Below the pieces are notes generated by a model. That model searched no databases and was not told where the DNA came from. It was given only the letters and a program-made list of their open reading frames with translations. DNA of 64,000 bases from an uncultured Planctomycetota bacterium (GTDB taxonomy: Bacteria > Planctomycetota > Planctomycetia > Isosphaerales > Isosphaeraceae), in the NCBI GenBank assembly GCA_963845755.1, contig CAWJTV010000021.1, positions 1 to 64,000 on the forward strand. Reading direction: 5' to 3'. Below are positions 47,538 to 57,073 of the stretch, in pieces. Position 1 is the first letter of the stretch. Each line of letters starts with the position of its first letter. A program made the position numbers and the translations under genes.

Positions 47538-47588
47538 GTAGTGCGAGTTGCGAGTACGTAAACCGGTCTTCCTCGCGCTCGCAACTAC
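47538..47588. repeat. GTAG-type REP-like palindrome between convergent genes
   Basis: GTAGTGCGAGTTGCGAG...CTCGCGCTCGCAACTAC; overlaps the lptG stop codon. Confidence 0.5.
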
Positions 47589-48997
47589 GTTCGAATCTGT
47601 CCCCAGCGCAAGGTTGCGATGACTCCGAAGCCCATCAGTGGCCCCCAGGCCGTCATCGCCGGAGGAACCATGGCGAACGTACCGAGATACTGGGTGAAGA
47701 TCAAGGATCCGTAAAAGATGGCCGAGTTCCCCAGGGCGAAGCCCAGGTTGATGAACATGTTGCGACCGTAGCCTCCGAGGACCAGCGGCAGGCTCATGAA
47801 CAACAAGACCAGACCCAGGAATGGCCGGAGGAGCCGGAGATGAACGAAGATCGCCACGTCGGTCCCCTCGGAGCCCTCGGTCGAGGGATCGGTCAAGCTC
47901 TCCAGGAGGTCTCGGGTCGTAGCAAACTGGTACCAGTCCTTCGGCTTGCGCGTCATGGCCTGAAAGGTCAGGCTCGACCGCAGGAAATAGGTACCCCGGT
48001 CGACGTCCATCCGTCGATCCAGCAGGATCTGGGTGCGCCAGATGTCGAACTTCAGGGATAAGGGCAGGGGGGGGAGCGAGGCCAGGTAGGCGATCTCGGA
48101 ATGCGGCGTGAGGCTCCCAGGTGCGGCAACCTCCGAAGTGCGTGGTTGCGTGGGGTCCATCTTGTCCGCCTTGATGGTCACGGGCAACGGCGGAGGGAAA
48201 CCGGTGGTGTCCGTGACGCACGAGAGGATCCCGCGGTTGTCGAGGAGCGTCTTGTCTTCGATGGGAGGGTTGATCGTCGCGTCGCGCACCAGCCAGCCCC
48301 CGTTGAGGGGGGCGGTGGGATGGTCGGGTGGGATGTAGGTGGCCTGTTGCCCATCGAGCGACAGGATCTGGCCGAAGATCTTGACGTCGGTCGTCGCATA
48401 GAACGACGTGATTGTCTTGGTGGCCCGATCCGCCTGCTTGCCCTGGATCATCGTCTTGCTCGAATCGTAGCGGCTGGAGACGTTGACTCTCTGTTCGCCG
48501 TCATCGTCGTGGCGCCGGGCCAGCTCCTCCCCGAAATGAGGGATGACCGCCTCCTGGTTGACCATCGCGAGTGCACTCACGATCACGGAGGAAACCAGGA
48601 CCGGGAGGATCGCGCGATGCGTACTGACGCCGGCGGCGAGCATGGCGAGCTGCTCGTTGTTCCGCTGCATCCAGGTGACCGTGAAGATCGCCGCCATCAT
48701 GCCGATCACGCCGCAGAGCTGGTCAAAGAACTGGCTCTGGTGGATCAGGTAGTAACGGCTCATGATCTGGAAGAGCTCGATGGTCGTGTCGGCGCGCTTG
48801 GTGAACTCGTCCAGATTCGAAAAGGCGTCGATGACGACATACAGGCCGACGAGCGAGACATAGCAGATCACGTAAGCCTTCAGGAACGCCCAGTAGCGCT
48901 GGCGGTCGAGGATGCTCAGCAGCGCGATCAGTCTCCAGGCCAGGACCGCGGTCAGGATCGCGGCCGCGAGAATCAACGGAACGCCGACGCTTGGCAC
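47585..48997 (-). CDS. lptG: LptF/LptG family permease (LptG-like)
   Basis: ILDR, three TMs, RNNEQLAMLAAGVS, a periplasmic domain and three C-terminal TMs; follows lptF. Confidence 0.78.
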   Translation of the reverse strand: MPSVGVPLILAAAILTAVLAWRLIALLSILDRQRYWAFLKAYVICYVSLVGLYVVIDAFSNLDEFTKRADTTIELFQIMSRYYLIHQSQFFDQLCGVIGMMAAIFTVTWMQRNNEQLAMLAAGVSTHRAILPVLVSSVIVSALAMVNQEAVIPHFGEELARRHDDDGEQRVNVSSRYDSSKTMIQGKQADRATKTITSFYATTDVKIFGQILSLDGQQATYIPPDHPTAPLNGGWLVRDATINPPIEDKTLLDNRGILSCVTDTTGFPPPLPVTIKADKMDPTQPRTSEVAAPGSLTPHSEIAYLASLPPLPLSLKFDIWRTQILLDRRMDVDRGTYFLRSSLTFQAMTRKPKDWYQFATTRDLLESLTDPSTEGSEGTDVAIFVHLRLLRPFLGLVLLFMSLPLVLGGYGRNMFINLGFALGNSAIFYGSLIFTQYLGTFAMVPPAMTAWGPLMGFGVIATLRWGQIRT

Positions 48998-49065
48998 GAT
49001 CGTCCTCCCACTCTCTTCCCGCGACGTGATTCAATGCGACCCGGCCGCGCCGCACGCCGGCGTGC

Positions 49066-50265
49066 TTAATGCCGGATGACCGACGGCAAGGTGAGACCCG
49101 CCAGGACGGCCAGGATGAAATTGCCGATCCAGAGCGAGACGTAGGGCGGCATCAGATCTTCCTTGCTCAAGTTCACCCCGACCAGCATGAGCGGATAGTA
49201 CAAGGTGATGATCGGCAAGAAGCAGGTCATAAATGCGCTCAAAAAGTCGCGGCGGGCGAAGAGGATGCCGACCGGGGCGCCGAGGATCACGAACATCAGG
49301 CTACCGCAGGCCATCGAGATACGGAGCCACCATTCGGTCTCATATTCACGGCAGAGCCGGCGGTTGTAGCCGTGATTGACGAACGCGTCCTTGACGTCCC
49401 ACCAGTTGATCTGATCGGTGCGACCCGTGGCGAAGGCGAATCCGGCCTTGATGGCCTGTTGTCTCCGCTCGGTCACCAGCAGACGCCGCGTGGTACGGAG
49501 CTCGTTCATGAGGTCCTGGTTGGTGAACTCCTGGATCTTCTTCTCCACGCGGAGCTGGCTATCCGGGGGGATGGGGATCACGAGGATCCGGTTATCGATC
49601 AGGACGACATCCGCGTCATGCCGGGAAAGCTGGACCTCGGCCTCATCGAAATAGATGCGGACGACCTTCGCGTCCAGGTCGAAGTGGAGCTCGGCCTCCT
49701 TGGCCCGGATCACCAGGTCGTAGTCGTCTCCCCCCTTGACTTTGTGCTTGAAGGTCGGGTCGATCATCTTCTGGCCCTTCACGTCGCGCACCTTGATCAT
49801 GAAGGGCCAGGCCCGGCTGTTGAACTCGCGATCCCGCTTGAGCAGCTTGTAGAAGGTGTCTTCGAGGTCCCTGAACAGGACCAGCTTGGCGAGTTGCGTA
49901 CAGTGAGGGATCCAGTTCCCGCTCAGATGGAGGAGGGTCAGGCTCATGGCGATGGCCAGGAAAAACGTCGGCCAGAGGACCTTCATCACGCTCAAACCGG
50001 CGGTCTTGACGGCGATGATCTCGTTATCGCCGGCCAGGCGGCCATAGACGACCGTCACGGCGAAGAGCAGCGACACGGGGATGGTGTAAGGGAGCGTGCT
50101 GGGGATGACGTACGGGACTAGCTCAACGATGTCCTGTGGCGAAAGGCCGATGTCCCGGGCCTGGGCCGCCACCATGAACAGGACGAAGATCGCGGTCATG
50201 GTCAGCAGCGCCAGTGAAAAGGCGCGGGCGACCTCGATCATCACGTATCGCTGGAGGATTTTCAA
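49066..50265 (-). CDS. lptF: LptF/LptG family permease (LptF-like)
   Basis: TTG start, ILQRYV, YGRLAGDNEIIAVKTAGLS, LGAPVG and WIGN. Confidence 0.85.
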   Translation of the reverse strand: MKILQRYVMIEVARAFSLALLTMTAIFVLFMVAAQARDIGLSPQDIVELVPYVIPSTLPYTIPVSLLFAVTVVYGRLAGDNEIIAVKTAGLSVMKVLWPTFFLAIAMSLTLLHLSGNWIPHCTQLAKLVLFRDLEDTFYKLLKRDREFNSRAWPFMIKVRDVKGQKMIDPTFKHKVKGGDDYDLVIRAKEAELHFDLDAKVVRIYFDEAEVQLSRHDADVVLIDNRILVIPIPPDSQLRVEKKIQEFTNQDLMNELRTTRRLLVTERRQQAIKAGFAFATGRTDQINWWDVKDAFVNHGYNRRLCREYETEWWLRISMACGSLMFVILGAPVGILFARRDFLSAFMTCFLPIITLYYPLMLVGVNLSKEDLMPPYVSLWIGNFILAVLAGLTLPSVIRH

Positions 50266-50505
50266 AGCGACGGCCCCCGTGTCAGCGTCCTTGCCCCCGG
50301 TCCACCGTTCCGACCCAATCGACTTGGCCTGGCGTGGATCTCGGCCCCTCGTCCATGGGGCTGACCTCAGGGGGTGTGAAAGGCCCGATTCAATATCGCA
50401 AGTTCAGGATAAAAAACGGATGTCGTAACGCTCGGCATAAGAGTTACACCTATTGAATCTGGAATCTTGGATCCGGAATCGCCCGTCCGATTCTTTCCCA
50501 TGCTC

Positions 50506-51792
50506 TCAGGCGACCGGGACCAGGCACGAACTGAGCGCCGCGGCAAGGCGGCGTGAGCCCTCGACCAGCTCGGCTTCGCTGGGGACTCCGAACGTGAGGC
50601 GGATGTGATTCCTCGGCCGTGGCGCCGGCTCGGCCGCGAAGGCGAATTCGCCGGGCACGTAAAGCACCCCCTCGCGGACGCAGCGCGGGAACAGCGGCCC
50701 CTCGAAGCCGGTATCCAGGCCCTCGGGGACCGTCATCCAGACGAACAACCCTCCCTCGGGCCGGGTCCAGGAGACCTCGGAGTCTAGCACGCCGACCTGC
50801 TCCTCCAACGCCGACAGGAACACCTCGCATTTCCGCCCATACAGGCCATTCAGCCGGGCGAGATGACGGTCGTAGCTGCCATCGGCCAGCACCTGGTCCA
50901 GCAGGCGCTGATTGATGTTCGCCGAGCCGAAATCGTGATTTCCTTTCAGGTATAGGATCGGATCGATCAAGCCCTCCGGTAAGACACCATAACCCACCTT
51001 CATTCCGGGACTGAAGGTCTTGCTGAACGTGCGGGCGAGGATGACGGTGTCCGCCTCGCGATCGTGGCTCCAGATGCTGGGCGGTTCGCCGGCTCCGAAT
51101 GATAACCCCCGATAAGCGGCGTCTTCCAGCACGAAGATCCGCTGCGTTTTCGACCATCGCCGCGCCAGCTCGACCAGCGGCCGCCGACGGTCGGCGGCGA
51201 GGCTGATCCCGGTCGGATTAGCATGCTCGGGGATGGTATAGATCAGCTTGACTCGATCCAGCTCACCCTGGGCCTCCAGCCGCTCTAGCGTCGCTTCCAG
51301 CTCATCGAGGCGGAGCCCCTCCTCATCGATCGGCACTCGGATCGCCCGGGCCCCGCGGGTCTCGACCGGCCCCAGGAATACGAAGTACGTCGGCGATTCC
51401 ACCAGCACGATATCGCCCGGATCCAGCAGGGCCTCGCAGACCAGGTAGATCAACTGGGCCGAGCCGGTCGTGACGACGGTCCGGGATACGACCTCCTGAT
51501 AGGACCCCTTCGGCCGCCCTTCCTCTCGCTCCAGGTTCTCGACCAACCGGGCGCGCAAGGTCTGGTCGCCGATCGTCGTTCCGTACTGGAGCGCGCGTCG
51601 TCCCGCGATCGGGTCGCCGAAGAGTTCGGCAGCGGCCTGTCCCGCAATCTCGACCGGCAACGACCGCTGATCCACGAAACCGGCGGCCAGCGAAACGATC
51701 TCGGGATTCTCCAAGGCCGTCTGCATCAAGTGGCTGATCGAAGGGGGGTTGGTTCGGATGGCGGACGAGCTGAGGGGAATCGGGGGTGTCAT
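50506..51792 (-). CDS. PLP-dependent aminotransferase (LysN/ARO8-like)
   Basis: SLAAGF, LQYG, ESPTY, HANPTG, EDAAY, TFSKTFSPGMKVGY and PEGGLFVW. Confidence 0.9.
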   Translation of the reverse strand: MTPPIPLSSSAIRTNPPSISHLMQTALENPEIVSLAAGFVDQRSLPVEIAGQAAAELFGDPIAGRRALQYGTTIGDQTLRARLVENLEREEGRPKGSYQEVVSRTVVTTGSAQLIYLVCEALLDPGDIVLVESPTYFVFLGPVETRGARAIRVPIDEEGLRLDELEATLERLEAQGELDRVKLIYTIPEHANPTGISLAADRRRPLVELARRWSKTQRIFVLEDAAYRGLSFGAGEPPSIWSHDREADTVILARTFSKTFSPGMKVGYGVLPEGLIDPILYLKGNHDFGSANINQRLLDQVLADGSYDRHLARLNGLYGRKCEVFLSALEEQVGVLDSEVSWTRPEGGLFVWMTVPEGLDTGFEGPLFPRCVREGVLYVPGEFAFAAEPAPRPRNHIRLTFGVPSEAELVEGSRRLAAALSSCLVPVA

Positions 51793-51927
51793 CGTTGCGA
51801 GTGGCCGATTCGGGGGATCAACAAGGCACTGCATGTCCGCTAGAACTTTAGCGACGCGGACACGAGTGTCAAGCTCGGTTCGGAATGCGACACGCCACGC
51901 GAGTGTCGATGGACGGAATCCAGAGCA

Positions 51928-52262
51928 TCAACGAGCCAGCCGATTCTCCGGTCGCCTCACCGCCAGGGCACCTCGCCGGACACCCCCAAAGGCTCCCGGG
52001 TTCGCGAGGATCGGGCCGGCCGTGGTCTCATCCGGCCTGCCTATCGAATCATAAGTGACCTCGGCACATCGCCGCAAGAGCCTGGCCGTCGGGTCGGCCT
52101 GCGACCGCGACCCGGTACGCGGCGACAGCACGCTTGACGCGGCTTTCATCCGAATACCCTCTGCGTCCCTTGATCTCCTGCATGATCTCATCCAGTGGCC
52201 GATCCTGGACGACGAACCGGTCGATCCCCAATCACGGCCAGCCGGCCAGCGAACGGTTCATC
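51928..52262 (-). pseudogene. Degenerate duplicate of the 3' end of the membrane phosphatase gene (58249-59680)
   Basis: GIDRFVVQDRPLDEIMQEI and ADPTARLLRRCA parallel GIYRFVVEGRPLNEIMQEI and ADPTAMLLRRCA; identical 20-mer at 52172-52191 and 58528-58547. Confidence 0.8.
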
Positions 52263-52268
52263 AGGTCA

Positions 52269-52296
52269 TTGACAAACGTCGGAGGATGGACATAAT
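52269..52296 (+). promoter_or_regulatory. Candidate sigma-70 promoter for the P450 gene
   Basis: TTGACA-16 nt-CATAAT, 65 bp before the ATG. Confidence 0.5.
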
Positions 52297-52361
52297 CTCA
52301 GAGGTTCCGGGCCGGGTCCATCGGTTGGGGCGAGGTGGCCGCCCCGGGGCGGGAGCGATCC

Positions 52362-53741
52362 ATGTCGAGCGGAATCCTTGCCGGGCGGAAGACGGCTCCG
52401 GGGGTGCGTCAACTTTTACCGATACCCGGCTTCGGGTTGATGGCCCGGTCGCGGCGTGATCCGCTCGGGTTCTTGCTCGAGGGGCGACAACGGTATGGCG
52501 ACGTGTTCCGTTACCAGTTGGGCCCACTGGTATTTCATCTGGTCGCGCACCCCGACCATGTCAAGCATGTGCTGGTGGACCACGCGAAGAACTATCCCCG
52601 GAGCTGGTATTACCATCGCACCAAAGTGGTCGTCGGCGACGGGTTGGTGACGACCGAGGGGACGGCTTGGCGCCGGCCTCGCCGGCTGACCCAGCCGGCT
52701 TTCCATCACCAGCGAGTCGCGGCCCTCGCGGGGTTGATGACCGATTGCGCAGGGGCGATGCTCGGACGATGGCAGGAGCATGCCCGCAGCGGGGAGCCGC
52801 TCGAAGTCGCGGCCGAGTTCGTGGGGTTGACGCTCCGGATCGTAGGTCGGACGCTCCTGAGTATCGACCTTGCCGGCGAGGCCGACCGGGTCGGTCGGGC
52901 CGTGACGACCGCGCTGGAGTATCTCGAGCGCCGGCTCAGTCACCTGCTGATCGTGCCGCCGGGCGTACCCACTCCGGGGAACCTTCGGGCGCGCCGGGCT
53001 CTCCGGACGCTGGATACCCTGGTCTTCGACATCATTGCCTCACGACGCCGCGAGCCGGACCGCGTCGTTGACGATCTCCTCTCGATGCTCCTGGCGGTCC
53101 GCGATGAGGAGACGGGCGAAGCGTTCAGCGACGTCGAGCTGCGCGACCAGATCCTGACGTTCATCGGGGCCGGCCACGAGACGACGGCCGTCGCGCTGGC
53201 CTGGACCGTCTACCTGCTCAGCCGATACCCCGCGGCCGAGAGCCGGCTCCGAGCCGAGGTGGCCGCGACCCTCGGAGACAGGACGCCCACGGCGGAGGAC
53301 CTGCCAAGGCTGTTGTATACGCGCCGGGTGCTCGAGGAGTCGTTGCGCCTCTATCCGCCGGTGTATGCGGTAGCCCGCGACGCGGTGGCCGAGGACGAGA
53401 TCGGCGGCTTTCGTATCCCGGCCCGGTCGATGATCGTCCTGAGCCCGTACGTGACCCACCGCCATCCTGCGGTCTGGACAGATCCCGAGGCGTTCGATCC
53501 CGATCGTTTCACCTCAGAACGCGCCGCGGGCCGGTCGCGCTTCGCCTGGTTCCCGTTCCTGGGCGGCCCGCACCAGTGCATTGGCCAGGAGTTCGCGATG
53601 ATGGAGATGACCCTGGTCATCGCCATGGTGATCCAGTCGTTCCGCTTCCGGACCGCCCCCGGTGCCCGTGTCCAACCCAGGCCGATGCTCTCGCTTCGGC
53701 CCTGTTACGGCCTGCCCATGATTCTCGAGCCCGCGAGATGA
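52362..53741 (+). CDS. Cytochrome P450
   Basis: AGHETT I-helix, EESLR, FDPDRF and heme motif FLGGPHQCIG. Confidence 0.96.
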   Translation: MSSGILAGRKTAPGVRQLLPIPGFGLMARSRRDPLGFLLEGRQRYGDVFRYQLGPLVFHLVAHPDHVKHVLVDHAKNYPRSWYYHRTKVVVGDGLVTTEGTAWRRPRRLTQPAFHHQRVAALAGLMTDCAGAMLGRWQEHARSGEPLEVAAEFVGLTLRIVGRTLLSIDLAGEADRVGRAVTTALEYLERRLSHLLIVPPGVPTPGNLRARRALRTLDTLVFDIIASRRREPDRVVDDLLSMLLAVRDEETGEAFSDVELRDQILTFIGAGHETTAVALAWTVYLLSRYPAAESRLRAEVAATLGDRTPTAEDLPRLLYTRRVLEESLRLYPPVYAVARDAVAEDEIGGFRIPARSMIVLSPYVTHRHPAVWTDPEAFDPDRFTSERAAGRSRFAWFPFLGGPHQCIGQEFAMMEMTLVIAMVIQSFRFRTAPGARVQPRPMLSLRPCYGLPMILEPAR

Positions 53742-54290
53742 GGGGCGTTAAACTACTCCCGCCTAACCAGTTGCACGGATCCCATCGTGATATCTTTGCC
53801 GTGACTATAAGTATCAACCGACACCTTGATCTTCAATTCTCGCAAACCTGTCGGCACCCTCTGGTAGTGATTGACCGCGAATTGTTATAAGCGTCATAAT
53901 ATGCGTTCACGTGATTATTCTTACAAGGTTATAGCAAGCGACGCCAAGCCACCAGACGTCAAATGGTTAAGCTATCAGGGAAGAAACCGCTGGCGTCGCG
54001 GCACCGCACGTGCCGGCGGATATTTCGGTCGATAACATCGAAGCTGCGCTGGACGATCGGTAAAGGCCGCTGTAAGTCCCATACGGCTCACCACCCCGTG
54101 CGACTATGAAGGGCCTGTACACGGGAGGCCCGGACCTGGCCTCTTGCCGCTCAGGGGCAATGAGTCGCCTGACGGTGTACGGTAACCATGCGTGTCGGAT
54201 GGCAGCCCGGCCGCCCGCCGCTCTGGCGAAGCTCATTAGCGCTTGCTATGACAACGACGTATCGTGTCCCGAGATCCCGGCAAGCGGATG

Positions 54291-56549
54291 CTATTCTGCG
54301 TGGGTCTTGAGTTTTCCAATTACTTTTCCGGGGGAACGAAACTCGTATTCCACCTTCTCGCCGTCGCGAACCTGTCGGATCCCCTCGAGAACGATCCTAT
54401 CGCCCGGAGTCACACCGACTCCCTTCTGAATGACGAAGATGTCGTCCGTCTCGTGCTGGACGACGATCCCGCGCCGATGCGCCACGTCATCTTTGTCGAC
54501 GGCGTAAACGTACCGCTTGTCCATCATTTCGTAAGTCGCCCGCATCGGGATGACGATGGCGTCATGCAACTTTCGGTGGATCAGGATGGTGCCGGTCTGA
54601 CCGTGACGCAGCAGGCTGGCCGGGTTCGGAAAATCCGCCCTGAACGCGATGTTCCCGGTCTCATTCTTGAATTCGGCCTCGATCGCACCGAGGCGGCCGG
54701 GCTGCGGGAACCTGGTCTGGTTCGCCAGCACGAGTTCGATTTTGTCCTCCGCCTCATGCTGCTTCCGATTTGCCATGTATTCGAGGTATTGTTTCTCGGG
54801 TACACTGAAATAAACCCAAATCACGCTGTTATCCGACAACGTTGTGAGGGTGTCGCCCTCCTTGACGAGGCTACCCAGTTGCTCGTGCCGGCGGCCGAGG
54901 ATGCCGTCGAAAGGTGCTCTGACGAAGGTCCAGTTCAATTCGGCCTTCGCCATGTACGCCTTGGCCTGGGCCTTTGCCAGTTTGGCCTGAAACAGTTTCA
55001 CCTCATTCTGAGAGACGACCGGCGGTTTTTGCTTGGACAACTTCTCGGCGTTATTGAGCTCCAGTTGCGCGACCTGGACCTCGGCCAGCTCGGCGTCCAG
55101 CTTTGCCTGGTTGACATTTGGTGCGATCTGGAACATCAGATCGCCCTTCTTTACCGCCTGGCCCTCCCTGACGTTGATCTGGTTGAGATACCCGTTCACC
55201 AAGGCACGGACGTTGATGTGGCGCCAAGAGTGGATCTGGCCGACATATGGCTCGGTGATGTCAACGTCCATTGCCTTCGGGCTGGTGAGCACGATCTTAA
55301 GGCGCTCCTGGTCGTTCCCAGATCGGGAGGGATTCGCACCCGAGGGGTTCGCAGCGTTCTGTTTCTGGCTTGCCGGACCGACAATCTCAATGGGTCGTCT
55401 CCCGGCAGCGTCCGCCGGAGATCGGCCCGTTTTCTCGTCGGCGACCTCGACTCGAGTGTCGCCGTGACGCCTTTCCCCGGCAGTCTGGCGATCGGGCTCG
55501 CCGTCGCGCTTGGGCTGAAAGAGAATGAGCGCGCCTGGTGCGTCGACGCGTATCGGTGTGTCGCCGGTCATCTCGACGACCGCCACCTTGCGCGGCGGCT
55601 CGCCGTTGCGAGAGACCAGAATGTGGTAGGTCCAGCCCGGTGAGACGACGTGCTTGGGCTTGACGGTCCCCTCCTTCGGTCTACCGATTCCCGATTGGGC
55701 GAGAGCGACAGCACCGGCCGCGAGCGCTGCCACGACCGCTGCGGCCGTCATCACGAGTCTGACCTTGCGCAGGAACATGGATATGAGGACTCCTTCGGTA
55801 ATGACAGCGACCGATGTAGGGACGGCGCACGGCGATGCCGCGTAAGCGACCGTCGACTCTGTCAAGCCTGTCGGCACAACCGCGCGAGCGGCGCCGCCGG
55901 CGGATGCGGCCGCCAACGCCCCCGCGGGTGCCACGCCCCGACGCACGAGCCGTCCGCGCAGCCTTTTCCTTCCCCGGGCGAGGCGGCTCTTGACTGTTCC
56001 GACCGCGCATCCCAGATGACGCGCGGCCTGCTCGTGGGTGCGGCCCTCGAGATCACAGAGCACCACCGCAGCTCGGAAGCGACCCGGCAGGCGGTCGATC
56101 TCCTCATGGATGAGCTTCTCGAGGTCGTCATCGTTGGCATGATGCGGCGGCGCCGCCGATCCTGGGCGGAGCGCGGCCGCCGCCTGTTCGTGCGAGCGGC
56201 GCCGGATTGCCGCCGATCGGTCGTGAAGCGCTGCCCGATAGGCGGCCTGATGCAGCCACGGGGCCAGTGAGTCTTGTGTCCAGAGCGATGCGGCCTTGCG
56301 AGCCAGGGCCAAGAACGTTGCCTGAAATGCGTCTTCGGCCGCGTTCTCGTCGCGCAGGACGGAACGACAAACGCGCAGGACAAACGGCCCGTGGCGCTCG
56401 ACCAGCGCGGCAAAGGCCAACTCTCTCGGCTCACCGCGGCCGGTGGCGAACCGCTCGAGCAACTGGCCGTCGGAGCGCGCGCCGATCGCGCCCTCGTTGA
56501 AGAGCGTCTGCAGTTGCAAGAGCGCGTTGCCGCTGTTCTTGACCGCCAT
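54291..56549 (-). CDS. ECF sigma-70 factor fused via a TM segment to an RND efflux periplasmic adaptor (AcrA-like)
   Basis: Region 2 (AEDAFQATFLAL) and region 4 (HLGCAVGTVKSRLARGR), TM/signal-like segment, then VREGQAVKKGDLMF, VRAPFDG, VYFSVPE, FRADFPNP and GDRIVLEG in one uninterrupted ORF. Confidence 0.9.
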   Translation of the reverse strand: MAVKNSGNALLQLQTLFNEGAIGARSDGQLLERFATGRGEPRELAFAALVERHGPFVLRVCRSVLRDENAAEDAFQATFLALARKAASLWTQDSLAPWLHQAAYRAALHDRSAAIRRRSHEQAAAALRPGSAAPPHHANDDDLEKLIHEEIDRLPGRFRAAVVLCDLEGRTHEQAARHLGCAVGTVKSRLARGRKRLRGRLVRRGVAPAGALAAASAGGAARAVVPTGLTESTVAYAASPCAVPTSVAVITEGVLISMFLRKVRLVMTAAAVVAALAAGAVALAQSGIGRPKEGTVKPKHVVSPGWTYHILVSRNGEPPRKVAVVEMTGDTPIRVDAPGALILFQPKRDGEPDRQTAGERRHGDTRVEVADEKTGRSPADAAGRRPIEIVGPASQKQNAANPSGANPSRSGNDQERLKIVLTSPKAMDVDITEPYVGQIHSWRHINVRALVNGYLNQINVREGQAVKKGDLMFQIAPNVNQAKLDAELAEVQVAQLELNNAEKLSKQKPPVVSQNEVKLFQAKLAKAQAKAYMAKAELNWTFVRAPFDGILGRRHEQLGSLVKEGDTLTTLSDNSVIWVYFSVPEKQYLEYMANRKQHEAEDKIELVLANQTRFPQPGRLGAIEAEFKNETGNIAFRADFPNPASLLRHGQTGTILIHRKLHDAIVIPMRATYEMMDKRYVYAVDKDDVAHRRGIVVQHETDDIFVIQKGVGVTPGDRIVLEGIRQVRDGEKVEYEFRSPGKVIGKLKTHAE

Positions 56550-57073
56550 GAGTCGTCACTTCCGGTCGGGTTTCCGCAAATCTCACAAGTAAACGCCGCG
56601 AGCGGCCTCGCGCGTTCCCGATTTTGTTGCTCGCCAAATGATTTTAAGTCCAGGTTCGGAGTTACCGGGGACACCATGTCTGCCGGCGTTACCGCTGGTG
56701 CTGAACCGAGACACCGAGGTTACTACTATTATTGCGCGGCCCACGGCGTAGAAGTCAGATGCTCGCGCTCCGAATGCGCTCGATCCTCAGTGTCACTCGC
56801 CAGCATGGTGACAAGGATCGACCCGCTAACTCGAGCGATAAATCGCCGCAAACGGCTAGCCGGATGGCTTTCCGTCTCGATCCGTTGACAGCGAATTCAA
56901 CCGGGAATTCGAGGCGGCGTGAAACAAGACCGCATCTCACTTAGACGTAAGTCATTACGATTAAGACGCCATGCCTTAAAATAACAGGCACCTTGCCTTA
57001 GAATCGAGCATGGTGCGAAACAAGCGTGGTGCGAAAGCCGAAGACGAGTCCGTTCTCGAGGAAAGGAAATCTC

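Noticed and set aside
51933..51946. Short match GAGCCAGCCGATTC with 60843-60856 as a possible att site
   Set aside because: Short and GC-rich, does not bound a coherent element, and is plausibly chance.
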